From: Octopus vulgaris
Taxonomy: Eukaryota
DNA: 64,000 bases
Reading direction: 5' to 3'
Assembly (NCBI GenBank): GCA_951406725.2
Contig: OX597817.1
Span: 148,242,001 to 148,306,000, forward strand
Shown: positions 10,781 through 25,757 of the stretch, one piece after another
Layout: the number at the start of each line of letters is the position of its first letter
Numbering within the stretch: position 1 is the first letter of the stretch
Notes under the pieces: model-generated
Seen by the model: the letters and a program-made list of their open reading frames with translations, nothing else
Told to the model about the DNA's origin: nothing
Databases searched by the model: none
Made by a program: the position numbers and the translations under genes

Positions 10781-13776
10781 ATCTTACACAATATTATTAC
10801 ACGCTTAAATCAATTACCTTTAATGAAGGACTGAAATTATGTACCGACCGTCGTTTGTGGGACACCTTCCTCTAGTACTTTGGCACTAAGCACAATATTA
10901 TACATTATTAAAATATACAGAAATGCGAACATGTTAAAATAAACCGTATCCAAACTGAATCGTATATCAACATACTCAGCCTTGATCCGCAGAACTGTTG
11001 CCACATGGCTTTTACAGTTGGTCAGCGTATAAGAAGCTGTCTCATATTTAGAGACGACGGCTATTAAGCCACGCACAACAAAGACAAACCAATACAGTTT
11101 GTTCCCATTTTTTTGTAACCCATAATAAGTCCCCCAATCTAGATTCTTCACTAAGCACTACACTCATTTATTTCCTTCTCAGAATGCAATCTCCTGAGAA
11201 TTTTGTCTTTTTCCAGTTTTTCTTGCTGTGTTATACCTGCTGTTCATTAAAAGATGATCAGCTGAATCGATCACACCAGTCTCAGTTACCTATGAATGTG
11301 GTATGCAGTGCCCTATCACCGGAGCTAAACGATTCCGCAACAAATTCAAAGAGCCCATCTATTATAATCTATAGAAATACAGGAGGATCAGTTAATCATG
11401 ATTTCTTTCAGTATTATACCCTCTCGGATTCACGCACCTATTGCAGAGGTCCTACAATTTCTCGGAGTTCTGTAAAAAAAACTAGTAGTTTGGGCTTCCA
11501 ACCAGGAATTCACGATACCCTTAACTCCAGGAACTGCTCAGTAACCCCTCGTAGTATGGGTCGAGAAGCGGAAATCTCTCTGGTAATATAATCTAAGAAA
11601 TTCAAACTATACAGGACCTCATATAAGCCATGTGGTGACTTTAAAAGATACTAACTTAAAGCCACAGAGAAATGTTTTAGCGGTATTACACCTCTACGAG
11701 TTGCCAAAGTTCAAAAGCGTCTAGAAAGGTCAAAGGATTCTGCGTAAAGTAGGTGATGAGTATTGAATTAAGTATGATGAATAAAGTGTTGTGAATCTTA
11801 TGAAAATTACTAAATGATTTGAGAGGTTGTTCTATTTTCAGTAAATATCTAATGCTCTTTATTATATATCGATAAGAGCCAAAATCAAATATACAGACAT
11901 AGTACAAGTAAAATTATATATCTCGTAATTTATATGTCACTAACACATAAACTCCAATACTAATCTACTAGGCACACATACATATTTGTGTATATGCATA
12001 CATACATACGCACACGCGCTGAAGCGCACATCCACACACACACACACACACACACACATTGAACATGACTGTAAAATAAAGTTATAAATATAAATATAAA
12101 AAAAATTCAAGCAACAAAATTAAATTGAAATTTGAATTTGATTTGCCTAAGAGTCTATTTGTTGAAACTTTGCGAATTAGAAGTGTGTGGAATGAGCCAA
12201 ACAAAGGTCAAGTAGAGGAAGAACCCCTTGAATCTTTGAGTTCTAAACTCTTCAGATAATGAAATTTCAAAAGTAACAGATTGAGTGTGGTTTGATCTTT
12301 GAATCAGTCTCAGATATTTCGCACATTCCAACGGGGCTATAAACACGTTGTGTTAAAAATGTCTGAATAATGGAAATCAATTGATATAAAATTTAAAAAA
12401 AACAACCTAAAACGAAAAAAGAATGTCAGTCATCCCTTAAATTGCGATTCTTTAAGAAATTATTCATTTTTTTTGCTCTCCTACATTTTCCCCGATTAGT
12501 AATGAATTGCCCGTTGCTAATACGATAAGGTTTCGATAATTAAGGTGAACCCACTTCAACATTGCTTCCTACTTATTTGACCCGTTAATTTCTTGAACAA
12601 GTCATAGAAATATCAGTTACAGACATGTTGATTGCGGACGAAAAGAAATATAAAAAATGTGTTTCTGTGCAATATTGTACAATATGTCTCTATACGCATT
12701 CGCGTATATGTGCATATATATGTGTGTATGTGTACGTGCATGTTTGCGTGTGCTTACGTGTGTGTGTATGTATGTGTATTGACTACTATTCTACGTTTGT
12801 GAATACAAATTTATCTATCAATCAATCTATCTATCTACCTCTCTCTCTCTATATATATATATATATATGATTACACATACACACACATATGTATACATAA
12901 ATATATATAAAATATTAAAAAGTCAATAAAAGAAAATGGGGAAGAAAATTAAAAAGACGCTTGGTTCATTTTATTTGTATTATAATTGGAAAAGTAATGC
13001 AAATTAAAAGATTAAAAGATATACCTATAAGAACATGTATATATGGAACCGGAACAAGTGTAAAAGGAACCGAATCAACAAAATAACCCCCAAATATCCA
13101 CCGAGATATTCTCCATACGTTTCAATATAATGATATTTTAGAAACATCAATAATTGTAATTTTTAAAGGTGTAATATGCGGTATTTTGTTAGATCTCTTC
13201 AGGAAAAATAAGTATATATTAATCTTGAGATACGAAATTACATATTTGAGAACTGTGTTTAGGAAATTTTCAAATGTAAACAAAATAATATGAAAGACGC
13301 AGAGTTCATGTGGTTAGAAGTTTATCGCTTAAAATTTAGCCTATATTAAACGTTAAATTGCTACTAAAGCATCACATTTATTTGAAAAAAAATATATGTA
13401 TTATATTTACATGTAAAGAAGGATATAGTTTATCGTGGCGGGGTGTAATGTACAAACATTATATTGGGAAATGTAAATAAAGATTGGATGAATAACATTG
13501 GTGTTATTTAGGAATTAAATTAGTTAGGTTATAATGTCCGGTGTTCGACTATATACGCTGCGGACTCACCACCCTTTGTAAGTCATAAAAACAGTACTTT
13601 TGTGGGTTTTCAGTTGTTTTAACTCTTATTAATTTTGCCTTTAGTGTTTAATTGTTAATATTCACCCATTCTAAATTTGTTGTTTAGAATTTTACCGTTT
13701 TGAAAATCGGTACTTTTTCAACGGCTTTTCTTATAAGACTAACAAATGTAGTTGAGTATAACGCTAGGCATTAAGA

Positions 13777-13819
<43 letters not shown>

Positions 13820-14225
13820 TCTACATTAACAGCTGTAAGAAACTGTTTTACTTTCTATGTTCTACGTTATATATTGTGTATGTATATTGTTATAATTGTT
13901 TTTCTAATAAATAAATAAATAGACATAAAATAACGTCTAAAAGTTGATGAATACCACCTCTCGATCCCCTCCATTTTCTTATTGCTGTATAAATTAAGAG
14001 TAAAATAACTTTTTACCCTCACCCATTTATTACATTCAATAGTGTAATTGCCACGCAATAAAAACACGCTTATGTATTAATAATTGGGTATTCTAGCAGG
14101 AGTATGTTGGATAGATATTATCCCTGAGTCGGTTGGATTCATAATCTCTAACTCTCTTGGAATTTTATATATATATATATATATATATAAATATATGTAT
14201 ATATATATACATGTATATATATATA

Positions 14226-14960
<735 letters not shown>

Positions 14961-15000
14961 TATATATATGTATATATGTATATATATATTTATATATGTA

Positions 15001-15046
<46 letters not shown>

Positions 15047-16334
15047 GATAGATAGTTAGATATCCCAACATTTCAACGTTTATATTTACAGATGTTTATA
15101 TATGAGTGTATATGAATATGTACACACAGACGCACATACACACACACACATTTAAGGATTAAATAAATTAGCAAGGCGCTCCACTCAATAAATCTTCAAA
15201 CCTAATGGCTACTGTGTGCTTTTATTAGGAAAATGAGCATATATTATAGATTTCCTTGAAATTTTTGGTGATTCTTTAGAAAATACTATAGTCTATATGA
15301 AAGCCTATTTTCAAACAATGCTTGTAGGTCACGAAAAATCACTCAGACAGAAATACACACATCTAGACTCCTGCATATAAGAACTTTTAATAATATATTT
15401 TGCCTGATCCATTAAGCCCATACACTGAAGATCCTTCGACGTCCATTCGGTTCTTGACAGAGATAACAAAAAGTGGGGTACTTCTATGCCAATGTATTTT
15501 GTTTTGCAAGGAACAGGGTGGTCATCGAAGCAACTTCAGCATAAGAGGATGCCGGATGAGACGATATATTGCTACGCATGTATATTTGTGTTTACGTTTG
15601 CTTGTTGACGTATGTACGCCGGTTATACGACTTCATCTATGCCGTTTGCTTCGATGCAGTCATTCAACTTTATACAAACTGCTCGAACCACAATATCAAT
15701 TTGCAGACGAAGTTTAAATGCAGCAATAATTACTGTCTGGGAATTCGGAAATTTCGTTAATACTGCAACCATTCGAAGCTCTAGATATGTAGCCATATTA
15801 ATAATGATATAACTATTATTTGCTATTCTTGCCATAGTATATTCAGTATTAAGTCAATGATATTTATAAATTTCTAAAACGAATATTTACGAGGAAATAT
15901 GTGAAAAGTTCTCTGAATATCTTTGAATATTGTTTCTAAATAAAACGTACATCGTACATATATTTACAAGGACCGACAATATGTAGTGGTAGACATTGAT
16001 CTCATTTTTATGAATGTGTCAGTGACTCCGTGGAAAAGAAAATGGTTTAAAGTTTATGAATAAATGTCTATCACTATGTATGTGTGCGTGTGGCGTATAA
16101 TTCGAGGTTAGCATAAAGAACTGAAGTGTTGCTTGACAGTTCTGACTAATACGCTGTTTCGTCAGATTTCCTATCAAATACACTAAAACGGTAAACGACC
16201 AACATATTGAGTGTACAATACTCCATAGAGCTTGTAAGTAATGCAGTAGCTCGTGTTTTAGAAGCACCCATTGTTTGGCCGATATCATGAAACCACTTTC
16301 TAGTCCTGTTGGTTAGATTCTGCTGGTACTGCAG

Positions 16335-16700
16335 TGAAACTGGTAACGTCTCAAAGAGCGATGGGAAGGTGAATGCTTAGACCACATCAGTAGCGAGGTC
16401 ATTAGAAAGAAGTCCGGCGTGAAAGATGTTATCGCAGAATATACACGCAGCAAGTTTAGATGGGCTGGATACGTCGCTCAGTTCACCGATAAGCGGTGGA
16501 ACCGCGCATTTCTCGAGTGGTACCCGCGCGAGCGGAAACGACCACTCAGATGGCCTCCACGACGGTGGAGTTACGATTTCAGGAGGACGATTAGGATAAC
16601 ATGGATGAGAAAGACGCGATCCAGAGTGAGTGGACACTGTGCTGTGACCAGCGGTGTCAAATGGACGCCCGTTGGACTGGTCGGTCAAAGTGATGAAAGT
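16335..16700 (+). mobile_element. RTE-clade LINE 3' end
   Basis: KLVTSQRAM...VKDVIAEYTRSKFRWAGYVAQFTDKRWNRAFLEWYPRERKRPLRWPPRRW (RWAGH..R...RW....W.P...KR..GRP..RW motif); ends at (TA)n. Confidence 0.9.
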
Positions 16701-16701
16701 A

Positions 16702-16761
<60 letters not shown>

Positions 16762-16764
<3 letters not shown>

Positions 16765-17240
16765 AAGAGTTCACGAAAAATTCAAAAGACGAAGACAGGT
16801 GGTGTACAAAGCAAACATATGTATTAGTATAACGCTCAGGAATAAAAAGTCTTTTACGTTTCAAGCCTACGCTCTTCTACAGAAAGGGACTCAGAAAAAA
16901 AAAAACAAGTAGAGAAACAAGAAGGGAAAAAAATGTGTGTAGTGGCTACCGATCTATTATAGCGACAGAAGGGTCACACAAGAGAGCGAAGAAGTAGGGG
17001 AGATAACAAAGTAAAGATGACCCCCACAACGAAGGTGCGTGCGTGCGTGTATAAGAGAGTACGTGTGTGCATGTGAAATAGGGCTGATGGTCTTGACGTG
17101 TAGATGTGTGTATGTGTAGGAGTGAAAATGTGTGGATGGGAATTGGCCAGTGATGGTGTGTGGGCGATGTGTTGTGATATGATGCGTAGTGTGGTATGGT
17201 GTTGTCGGGAGGTGGGAGCCAAGAGTGGGGAAAGCACGGG
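16762..17240 (-). mobile_element. (TA)n-embedded non-coding PLE-type element carrying a hammerhead motif
   Basis: Homologous to 37983-38196 and 55088-55547; (TA)n on both sides. Confidence 0.75.
16851..16886 (-). ncRNA. Minimal type I hammerhead ribozyme motif (variant core)
   Basis: CUUU CUGUAGA A GAGC GUAG GCUU GAAAC GUA AAAG: stem I CUUU/AAAG, stem II, palindromic ACGU stem III. Confidence 0.6.
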
Positions 17241-17246
17241 TATATA

Positions 17247-17312
<66 letters not shown>

Positions 17313-17986
17313 CATACGCATGTATGTGTACACACACACACATAAATGAACGTATATGCATTAGTTCTATGCCGTATTTCTGCACGTAAACCATTTGCAC
17401 ATTTGATATTTGTGTGATAAATGATATAAAACTTGTGTCATAGCTGCGAAATGTAGAAATGAAAAGTTGATAGGAAGAGGAATTGTGAAATAGTGTGTGT
17501 GGAGACAGAAATAACTCAGTAAATGAGGAGGAGAGGAGAATGAATATATTTCTTTTACATGCATGGATCGACATTCACACACATCTACGTACGCACGTAT
17601 TAACATATATAGAGAGAGTCAAGAAGAGAGAGTGTGAGAGGAGAGCATATTAGTTCCACCATGAGACATATGACTTTTAGCAAACAATTTCGAATTGAGT
17701 GAGATGTTTTGATGAAGGCGACGATCAAATAAATGATTGTAAAATATATTCGTTGCATAAAAAAATACCGAGATGAATCGCAATTCTGAAAATAAACCCA
17801 ATAGATTTTCGGTCTAAATCAAAGCCAGCAACGTAGAAACATGTCTCCAATAGGTCGTCATAATATCGGCGCTGACTTAAGAAATGTCACATTTCTATGA
17901 CACATAGCAATGGATCATATATACAACATGCATAGAAACACTGAAAATGGAATAGAAGACACGAACGTTGTGTGTATTCCGCACAC

Positions 17987-18034
<48 letters not shown>

Positions 18035-20516
18035 TCGCTCTTTCTCTCTCACTCTCTCATAAGCACAAGAACGCTCAAACACACATGCATATATTATTAT
18101 ACATAAATATATATTCTTTTTTATATTATATGTGTGTGCCTGAGTGTGTGCGAGTGTGTGTCCATACATATAGATACAAACACATTTGTGCGTGTGTGTA
18201 CATATATATATATATACACACACACGCACAAATGTGTTTGTATCTATATGTATGGACACACACTCGCGCACACTCAGGCACACACACACAGACCCACACA
18301 CACACACACACACATATATATATGTATATATATATATATATATATATACGTATATGCATACATAAATATATGTATGTGTGTGTCTGTGTGTCTGTGTGTG
18401 GCTGTGTGTGTGCATGTGTGTGTGCATGTGTGTGTGCGTGTGTTTGCTATTATGTACAATCATATAAACGCTTTTTTTTACCTATTTTACAGGCGGGGCT
18501 TGGATATTGCTGTTTAAGCGTGTGTGTTCTTAGGAATATAAACGCACATCATGGCGGACTGTTTCATTGGCGGAGAAGAAATATAAAATTATAAAGAAGG
18601 AATAAATGGAATAAAAAAAATGGAGACCAAGAAGTAGGGAAAATATTTCACTAGGAGCTGTTGTTGGAGGAGGTCAAGAAAATTACTTTATTTCTCCCAT
18701 GTGGCTGAATGCTTTGAATAACATTGGAAAGTTTTCTAGGAGAAATCATATACAAACCGGAGAGGGTTTTGCATGATAAATATGAACCCAGTATCATTTT
18801 TTGTGTTAGAATTATCCTCCAACACAGAAGACTTGGAACTCCTAATTGAAAACGAGGTCGAAATTATTTTATCATTATTACAGTAAGGTAGAACAATGGA
18901 TATTGTTAATCATGATGATACGGGTACACTTCTACCATCAACAGCATTATGTGCTCATTTGAGTAATTGTGTACGAGGCTGACCATTTCACAGCCTTGGG
19001 CATTAGTGGTGGAGTCGTTAGGGAGCCGGACAACATAATTCGTCATATTTTTCTGACTCTCTGCATTTTGAGTTGAGTTGCTACCCGAGATCGAAAACAA
19101 CTTTAGCTTTCATCTGTCGGTGTCGACAGAAACATTATAGCAATCTAAGTCGTTGGATTGGCGAAACTGTAAGAAAGGTAGGCCGGATGCCTAGCGGCTG
19201 TTGTTCCGGATCTTTTCTCTGAGTTGAAACCCCGTCACGGCAAATTTGTGTGATAGACTTAATTCATCACCCAGTTTAACACCACCATAATTACCACCAC
19301 CACCACCACCACCACCACAATTACCAGAACCTGGCATCTCAGGATCCGTCAGTGAATTCTACTTTGTTGCATGTTTCTGTTTTGTGGGTAATTTCCTCCC
19401 TTCAATTAGTCTACGAAGCTTTATAGCGTATCCTGAGCACGACATTCATATAATTAAAAAGACAAATAATTCTCAGATCGAACCGAAGTGACACACTGTG
19501 TGATCGGGCTCTACATTCTGGTTATAGGCACGAGCCATCCGACGGATTTCCGCACGGGTTCCATCTTTTAATTTCATTTGCAAATCATGGGGTGATTCAA
19601 GCCAACGGTAAAATACATTTGCACATCATCCCACTCAGTAGAATTGTATGAGGAACCTCGAGATTCTAAAGCGAATTTCTTAATTATTCGGCCATGTTGC
19701 GCCCACTTAAAATAATCGCTTATACACCGGCATGAATTCAGACAACGTTTGATCGGTATTAAACTCGGTTATGGATTAACTGAAGTGGAAGGGAGCCGTG
19801 TGTTTGAAGGTAAAATACACAAGACATTCCGACAAGTATTAAAATCCACAGAGTATATTCTACGCACAGCGTCATTATCCTGTCTACTGCTGATCATCGC
19901 GTAGAGCAGTTAAATTTCTCGTTTAGTGAAAATGCAATTATTGACAAATTGAAAACATATGTTAATGGTGCGTATCCAGTTACGGTTTAATATTCAGCAA
20001 TACATTTATGATGAGGGTTATCTTTTCCTCTCATCGCCAGTGTTTTTCATGGATTGAATGGTGAAATCTGGTTAATATGTTAGTTGATGAATGGCTGAAT
20101 GGATGACTAGTCGAGTTCTATAGTCAATGTACTTAGCGTTTGCACAAAATTTGTTTCTATGCTTACATACGTATATGCGCACGTGTGTACGGCTACATAT
20201 GCGTATATGCGTATATGCATGTAAGCATAGGTGCGGTTCATTTGAAAATAAGCTTGCGTACATACAGTTGCGGTCAAAATGTTCAGAACGGCATTGTTTT
20301 TGTCAGAAAAGTAGGTATAAGTTTTTATTAAAGTTGTTTTATATTCTATAATTTTCACAGACAATACATACGATATTAATTGGTATTGTCTGAGATTTTA
20401 GTGTAATTTGAGTTATGGATGATATAGTGATTTACTGCAAAACCCATGGCAGCCAAAATGATCAGAACGGTTGAAAAAATAACAAAATAATCAAAAAGTG
20501 ACAGAGAATGCTGGAA

Positions 20517-21533
20517 TTATTTCATATTTAGTGTGAAGCCCTTTAGCTTCAATCAAAGTTTGACATTTTCGACTGCATGGGGAACTTAAAGTTTCAATTT
20601 CTTGCTGGGTGATCTTATTCCATTCTTCCTGAAGGGCATTCCATTATTGCTCGTTTGTTTTAGGATTTCTTGCTTTCAAACGTTCTCCTAGAACATTCCA
20701 CACATTTTCAATAGGATTGAGGTCTGGGCTTTGAGCAGGCCAATCCATAACAATAACCTTTTCAGCCTTGAGGAAGTTCATGACCACCTTAGCCTTGTGA
20801 CATGAGGCATTGTCCTGCATGAATATGGGTGGTCGCTTAGTTGAATTTCTCAGCACAGGCAAGACATGATCTTTTACAAGTTGTTTATAAACTCCTGCAT
20901 TTACCTTTCCATGTAATCGCAGCAAAGGGCCCACAACATCTCCAGATATCATCTCCCAAACCATGACACTTCCTCCACCGAAATTAACACTAGTCTTAAG
21001 GCATTGAGGCGACAATTTTTCACTTGCTTTTCGACGAACGTACCTTTTCCCATCTGAGCCAAATAACATAGACTTAGATTCATCACTGAAATGCACCATT
21101 TGTCATTTTTCTTGAGACAACAACACATGTTAGGTTGCAAAGACGACACTTTTTATTCTTGGAGCTGATCAGTGGCTTCACTGCAGGTGCTCTTGCTTGT
21201 AGGTTATGTTCAACTAAAGGACGAGACACAGTTTTTCGAGATAAAGTTTTCTTCAGTACAATGCTCATTTCCCGAGAAACAGCAGCAGCAGTTTTAAAAT
21301 CTGTTCTTTTTAACCAACTTTACTATAGCACGATCTTCTCTCTTGGTCGTTTTTCTTGGCCTACCTGTAGACTTTCTTGCTTTACACGAACCACAATCAT
21401 CGTAGACCTTAAGAATACCGTGTACAACACTTTTTGACTTGTTAACAATCTTTGAAATAGACCTAATACTTAAATTATCCTTCTTTCGAAGCTTAATAAT
21501 CTGCTGACGAATTGGTAACGGAGTAAGTGGCAT
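20517..21533 (-). pseudogene. Frameshifted Tc1 transposase
   Basis: HTH (SIRSISKIVNKSKSVVHGIL), GRPRK, FSDESK, QDNASCH...WPAQSPDLNPIEN with 34 residues between D and E; split over ORFs 21294-21575, 21083-21268 and 20644-21099. Confidence 0.93.
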
Positions 21534-21548
21534 TATATCAACAAAGTA

Positions 21549-21891
21549 AAAGGGGTAAAGACCCCCTTCGGTCATGAATGACCATGGGATTGCACCTAGA
21601 AAGTTACCCTCCTAGACACAAGTCTGGGCAAGGTTGTTTTTATGGAAGGCCAGCAGTCGCCCATGCATACCAGCCTCCCTCTCCACGCCACCAGTGTTAT
21701 CCAAGGGAAAGACAAAGGTCGATACAGCTTGGCACCAGTGACGTCGCAACTCATTTCTACAGCTGAGTGAACTGGTGCAACGTGAAATAAAGTGCCTTGC
21801 TCGAGAACACAACACGCAGCCCGGTCCGGGATTCGAGCTCACAACCTCACGATCGTAAGCTCGACGCTCTAACCACTGAGCCATGCGCCTT
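21549..21891 (-). mobile_element. tRNA-derived SINE (family C) nested in Tc1
   Basis: Head GGCGCATGGCTCAGTGGTTAGAGCG...GCTCGAATCCC (A/B boxes); 7-bp TSD CAAAGTA at 21542-21548 and 21892-21898. Confidence 0.9.
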
Positions 21892-22366
21892 CAAAGTACA
21901 CTGCAGATATTCTTAGGCGTGTTTAGTAAATGAACCGCCATGTAAACAAATTCAAAACATTAGAGTTCGCTGATTAAATATACTAAAACATGGAGTAAAA
22001 GCAACCGTTCTGATCATTTTGGCCGCCATGGGTTTTGCTGTAAATCCCTAAATCATCCATAACTTTTGTATTATCCTCTCAAATTACACCAAAATCTCAG
22101 AGAATAACAGATGATATTGTATTTATCGTCTGTGCAAATTATAGAATATAAAACAACTGTGATAAAAACTTATATCTACTTTTCTGACGAAAGTTATGCC
22201 GTTCTGAACATTTTTCCCGCAACTGTATAAGTATCTTATATATATATGTATATGTTTATTTATATATATAAATGTGTATGTGTATGTGATATATATATAT
22301 ATATATATACATATATACACAAAACACTCACACGTATGTATATATATATATATACATTCTTCCATT

Positions 22367-22571
22367 TATTCTTCGTTTTGTTTCAGAAATATGAGTGCGG
22401 CCATGCGGGAGCACTTCCTTTTTAGTCGAACAAATTGACCCCAGGACTTAATCTTTGCAAGCCTAGTACTTATTCTACCGTTCTCTTTTGCTGAACCGCT
22501 AAGTCACTGGGACATAAATACACCAGCATTGGTTGACAAGCGATGATGGGGGGGACTAACACAGGCAAACA

Positions 22572-22623
<52 letters not shown>

Positions 22624-22770
22624 CTTGGGGCTTCTTTCAGTTTCCGTCTGCTAAATCCACTCACAAGACTTTTGTCGGCCCAAGACTATAGTAAAAGACA
22701 CTAGTCCAAGATGCCACGCCGTGGGACTGAACCCAGGACCATGTGGTTGTTTTTTAGCAAGCTACTTACA
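22367..22770 (-). mobile_element. SINE family A
   Basis: Reverse complement of the family A body, with internal (TA)n. Confidence 0.88.
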
Positions 22771-23812
22771 AAACGGCCAATTCTCTGTCTGTCTGTCTCT
22801 CTCTCTGTATACATACATACCTACATACGCACTCAAACACACACACATACCCCCCCCCACATATATATATATATATATACAAGTATATTTAACTGTAAAG
22901 GTTTTCATACAATATCTGTTGGTCTTCATGGGGTTTGTCTTAAAATAACACACGGTTTTTTTTTACATACGTTTTTACAGATATACAATCAATTTCACGG
23001 ATCCATTCGTATTTAAATTAAGTCTAAATCCGTTATATCTATTTTATTTTTATTAGCTATTCAAAATGTCTTCCATCTATTTTTTCCAAATCAATTATAT
23101 TTCCAACAGTGTATCTTTTATCTGCTACTTAAAAGTTTACGATGGCTTCCGATACAATTAATACGTTGCAATAGTGGTAATTTAACGTAAACAAACACGT
23201 GTTTACTTTACCTTTTGTACTCTCGTCCAAAATATATTACATTGTTAGCTATTTCCACTTCACGTTCTAAAGGTGCACTAGACCCAATTTTAAATCTTGT
23301 TAAATGTTACATATTATTTTCATTTTTTTTTTTCCTTTTTCAAATCCGCATTCATTTCAATTCCACCAGAGTAGATTTCTCTAACTTACCGTGGGCAATT
23401 GCAAGCGTGACAGTTTTACAATGCCCTGCATTTTGTGACTATACTAAATACATTATAATATATATTGTACGTGTTTTATCAGCAGAATTTATTTTTTATT
23501 TACTCAAAACTACATCTATAGAAATAATATACGAAGTAGTATTTTGTGCAATTATATCACCATTAGATACTTCCTCTTTAAATGAGAAGCTGAGATGCAT
23601 TAGATGATATATACATGTTTCGCTTTATCTACTCATAGAGCATAATGCTTCTATTTTGAAGAAAATATTCCTGTTCTGTATATCAAAGTTTAAAGCTGAT
23701 TTTGCACAATCGAACTTTATTCTACTAAACATACATACATACATACATGCATGCATACATACATACATACATACATACGTACATACATACATACATACAT
23801 ACATACATACAT

Positions 23813-24142
23813 CAAGTGTCTTCCCCTATAACCTCGGGCCAACCAAACAACCAAAGCCTTGTGAGTGGATTTGGTAGAGGGAAACTGAAAGAAGCCCGTC
23901 GTATATATGCATATATATGTATGTGTATTTATATGTTTGTCTGTCTGTGTTTGTTCCCCAACATCACTTGAAAGCCGATGCTGGTGTGTTTACGTCCCCA
24001 TAACGTAGCGGTTCGGCAAAAGAGACTGATAGAATAAGTACTAGGCTTACAAAGAATAAGCCCTGAGGTCGATATGCTCGACTAAAGGCGGTGCTCCAAG
24101 ATGGCCACAGTCAGAAGACTGAAACAAGTAAAAGAGTAAAGA
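23813..24142 (+). mobile_element. SINE family A, 5'-truncated
   Basis: CAAGTGTCTTC...GGAAACTGAAAGAAGCCCGTCG...GACTGAAACAAGTAAAAGAG. Confidence 0.88.
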
Positions 24143-24855
24143 GGAGTAGAGATGGCTTTTTGGGGGGAATCATTTTTATTTTAATCTTAATAATAATGTT
24201 TACAGTGATTTAATCTGATATGAGTTTCGATTAGCCGCTTTCAAACTAGAAAATGTATGTTTTACTGGTTGCTCAAATAGCAAAAGATGTTTTTCTTACA
24301 AGTTTATGTACGAAAAAATATGCACAGAGATTAGAAGAGAATATAAGAAATAAAAGAATATAAAAAATTAAATTAAACATATATATTTATGTATATAAAG
24401 AATACACGAGCTTGCGTGAAGAAGAAGAGGAAGTAAAAGAAGGGGATGAAGAACAACAACAACAACAGCAAAAAGGATGAAAGAAAGTGAAGAAGGAGAA
24501 GGAAGAGAGGAAAATTGTAAATCGAATCAAGAAAAAATTAAATAAAAATAGAATACAAAATAACAATAAAATATAAATCTAATAGTAATTGAGAACAGTG
24601 GGGGAAGATTTAAGTCTATCAAGAATAAAGAAATGGAATATTTAGGAATGTTCAGCATTCTTATATTCTTCTTAAAAGTTAACCTTTGTGGTGAGATCAC
24701 ATATTCAGTTCTCATAGGTGGTACGGTGTACATATATATACACACATACACACACATATACATACACATACACACATACCTATATATTTATGTATATATG
24801 CAATCATACACGCACTCATACACACATATATATATATATATATACACACACATAG

Positions 24856-24895
<40 letters not shown>

Positions 24896-24934
24896 ATATA
24901 TATATATATAATGCGTAATTCATTCACTCCACCT

Positions 24935-25000
<66 letters not shown>

Positions 25001-25002
<2 letters not shown>

Positions 25003-25285
25003 AGGTGGAGTGAATGAATTACGCATAAATGAAAATATGACTGACATCAAATTTTAACACATATATTTACCAAAATTACATCTTGAAATACTAAATAGTA
25101 AATTTATTCAATAAAATCGCCATTCCCTCCAAACACGGCCTCCAGACGACTACGGAACCTCCTGTAACTCTTGTCGGTGAATGCTGCCATAATCCTTGCC
25201 TGCAGTTCATCTTTGGTATTACAAGGAGTTTTGTTTATCTCTCGCTCAAATGCACCCCACACATAATAATCGAAGGGGGTTGCAC
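25001..25285 (-). mobile_element. Tc1/mariner-superfamily 3' end (transposase C-terminus and probable TIR)
   Basis: PFDYYVWG...NTKDELQARI...FRSRLEAV...GDFIE (ORF 25104-25298); terminus TA-CAAGGTGG. Confidence 0.8.
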
Positions 25286-25541
25286 AGAACTGTAGCAACG
25301 TAGAAACGTTCGGCTTCTCTCAAAAATAACAAAACAATCTGATTTGTTTTCTCCACTGAAAATTTCTACTTTGAATATTTGTAAAATTTCCAGCAATTCT
25401 CCAGTTGAATTTCCTGGGTTAATATATTGACATAAAGGGTAACGAAACAAAAACTTGTATGTTATAATGACAACCACGCACACAAGTACATTATTGTCCA
25501 CTCAGAGGCATATGTAAAACACGTACACATATAAAATTATA

Positions 25542-25757
25542 CGAGGTATTGCTGAAAAGTTCCTGGTTTTAAGGATCTTGAGTAAGGGCAAGCTGAAGGC
25601 CCAACCTTCCAAGTTCTTTTATAGGGTTTAGAAAAACAGAAGAAGAGCTACAATAAGTGTTTGAACCTGAGAGTTGAATATGCTGAATACAAACAGGATT
25701 AACTGGTCCTCCTGTATATCTTTTATCCAAAACCGGGAACTTTTCAGCACTTACTCG
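25542..25757. mobile_element. mariner-derived MITE
   Basis: TIRs CGAGGTATTGCTGAAAAGTTCCTGGTTTT / AAAACCGGGAACTTTTCAGCACTTACTCG, flanked by TA. Confidence 0.85.

Larger units (their letters stand above)
20265..22225 (-). mobile_element. Tc1-family (DD34E) transposon with long IR/DR-type TIRs
   Basis: TA-CAGTTGCGG...CCGCAACTG-TA. TIRs of about 210-225 bp (20265-20473, 22002-22225), each with outer and inner AAAATG(T/A)TCAGAACGG direct repeats. Confidence 0.95.

Noticed and set aside
10837-11600. 104-aa and 135-aa non-repetitive ORFs
   Set aside because: No recognisable domain; at most a faint resemblance to a decayed LINE C-terminus, insufficient to call.
18600-18850. Possible pogo/Tigger DDE remnant on the minus strand (KVIFL...)
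   Set aside because: A single weak motif with no TIRs found.
21820-21891. tRNA gene candidate (also the other SINE heads)
   Set aside because: A/B boxes are present, but the sequence continues into a SINE body with a TSD and has no complete acceptor stem.
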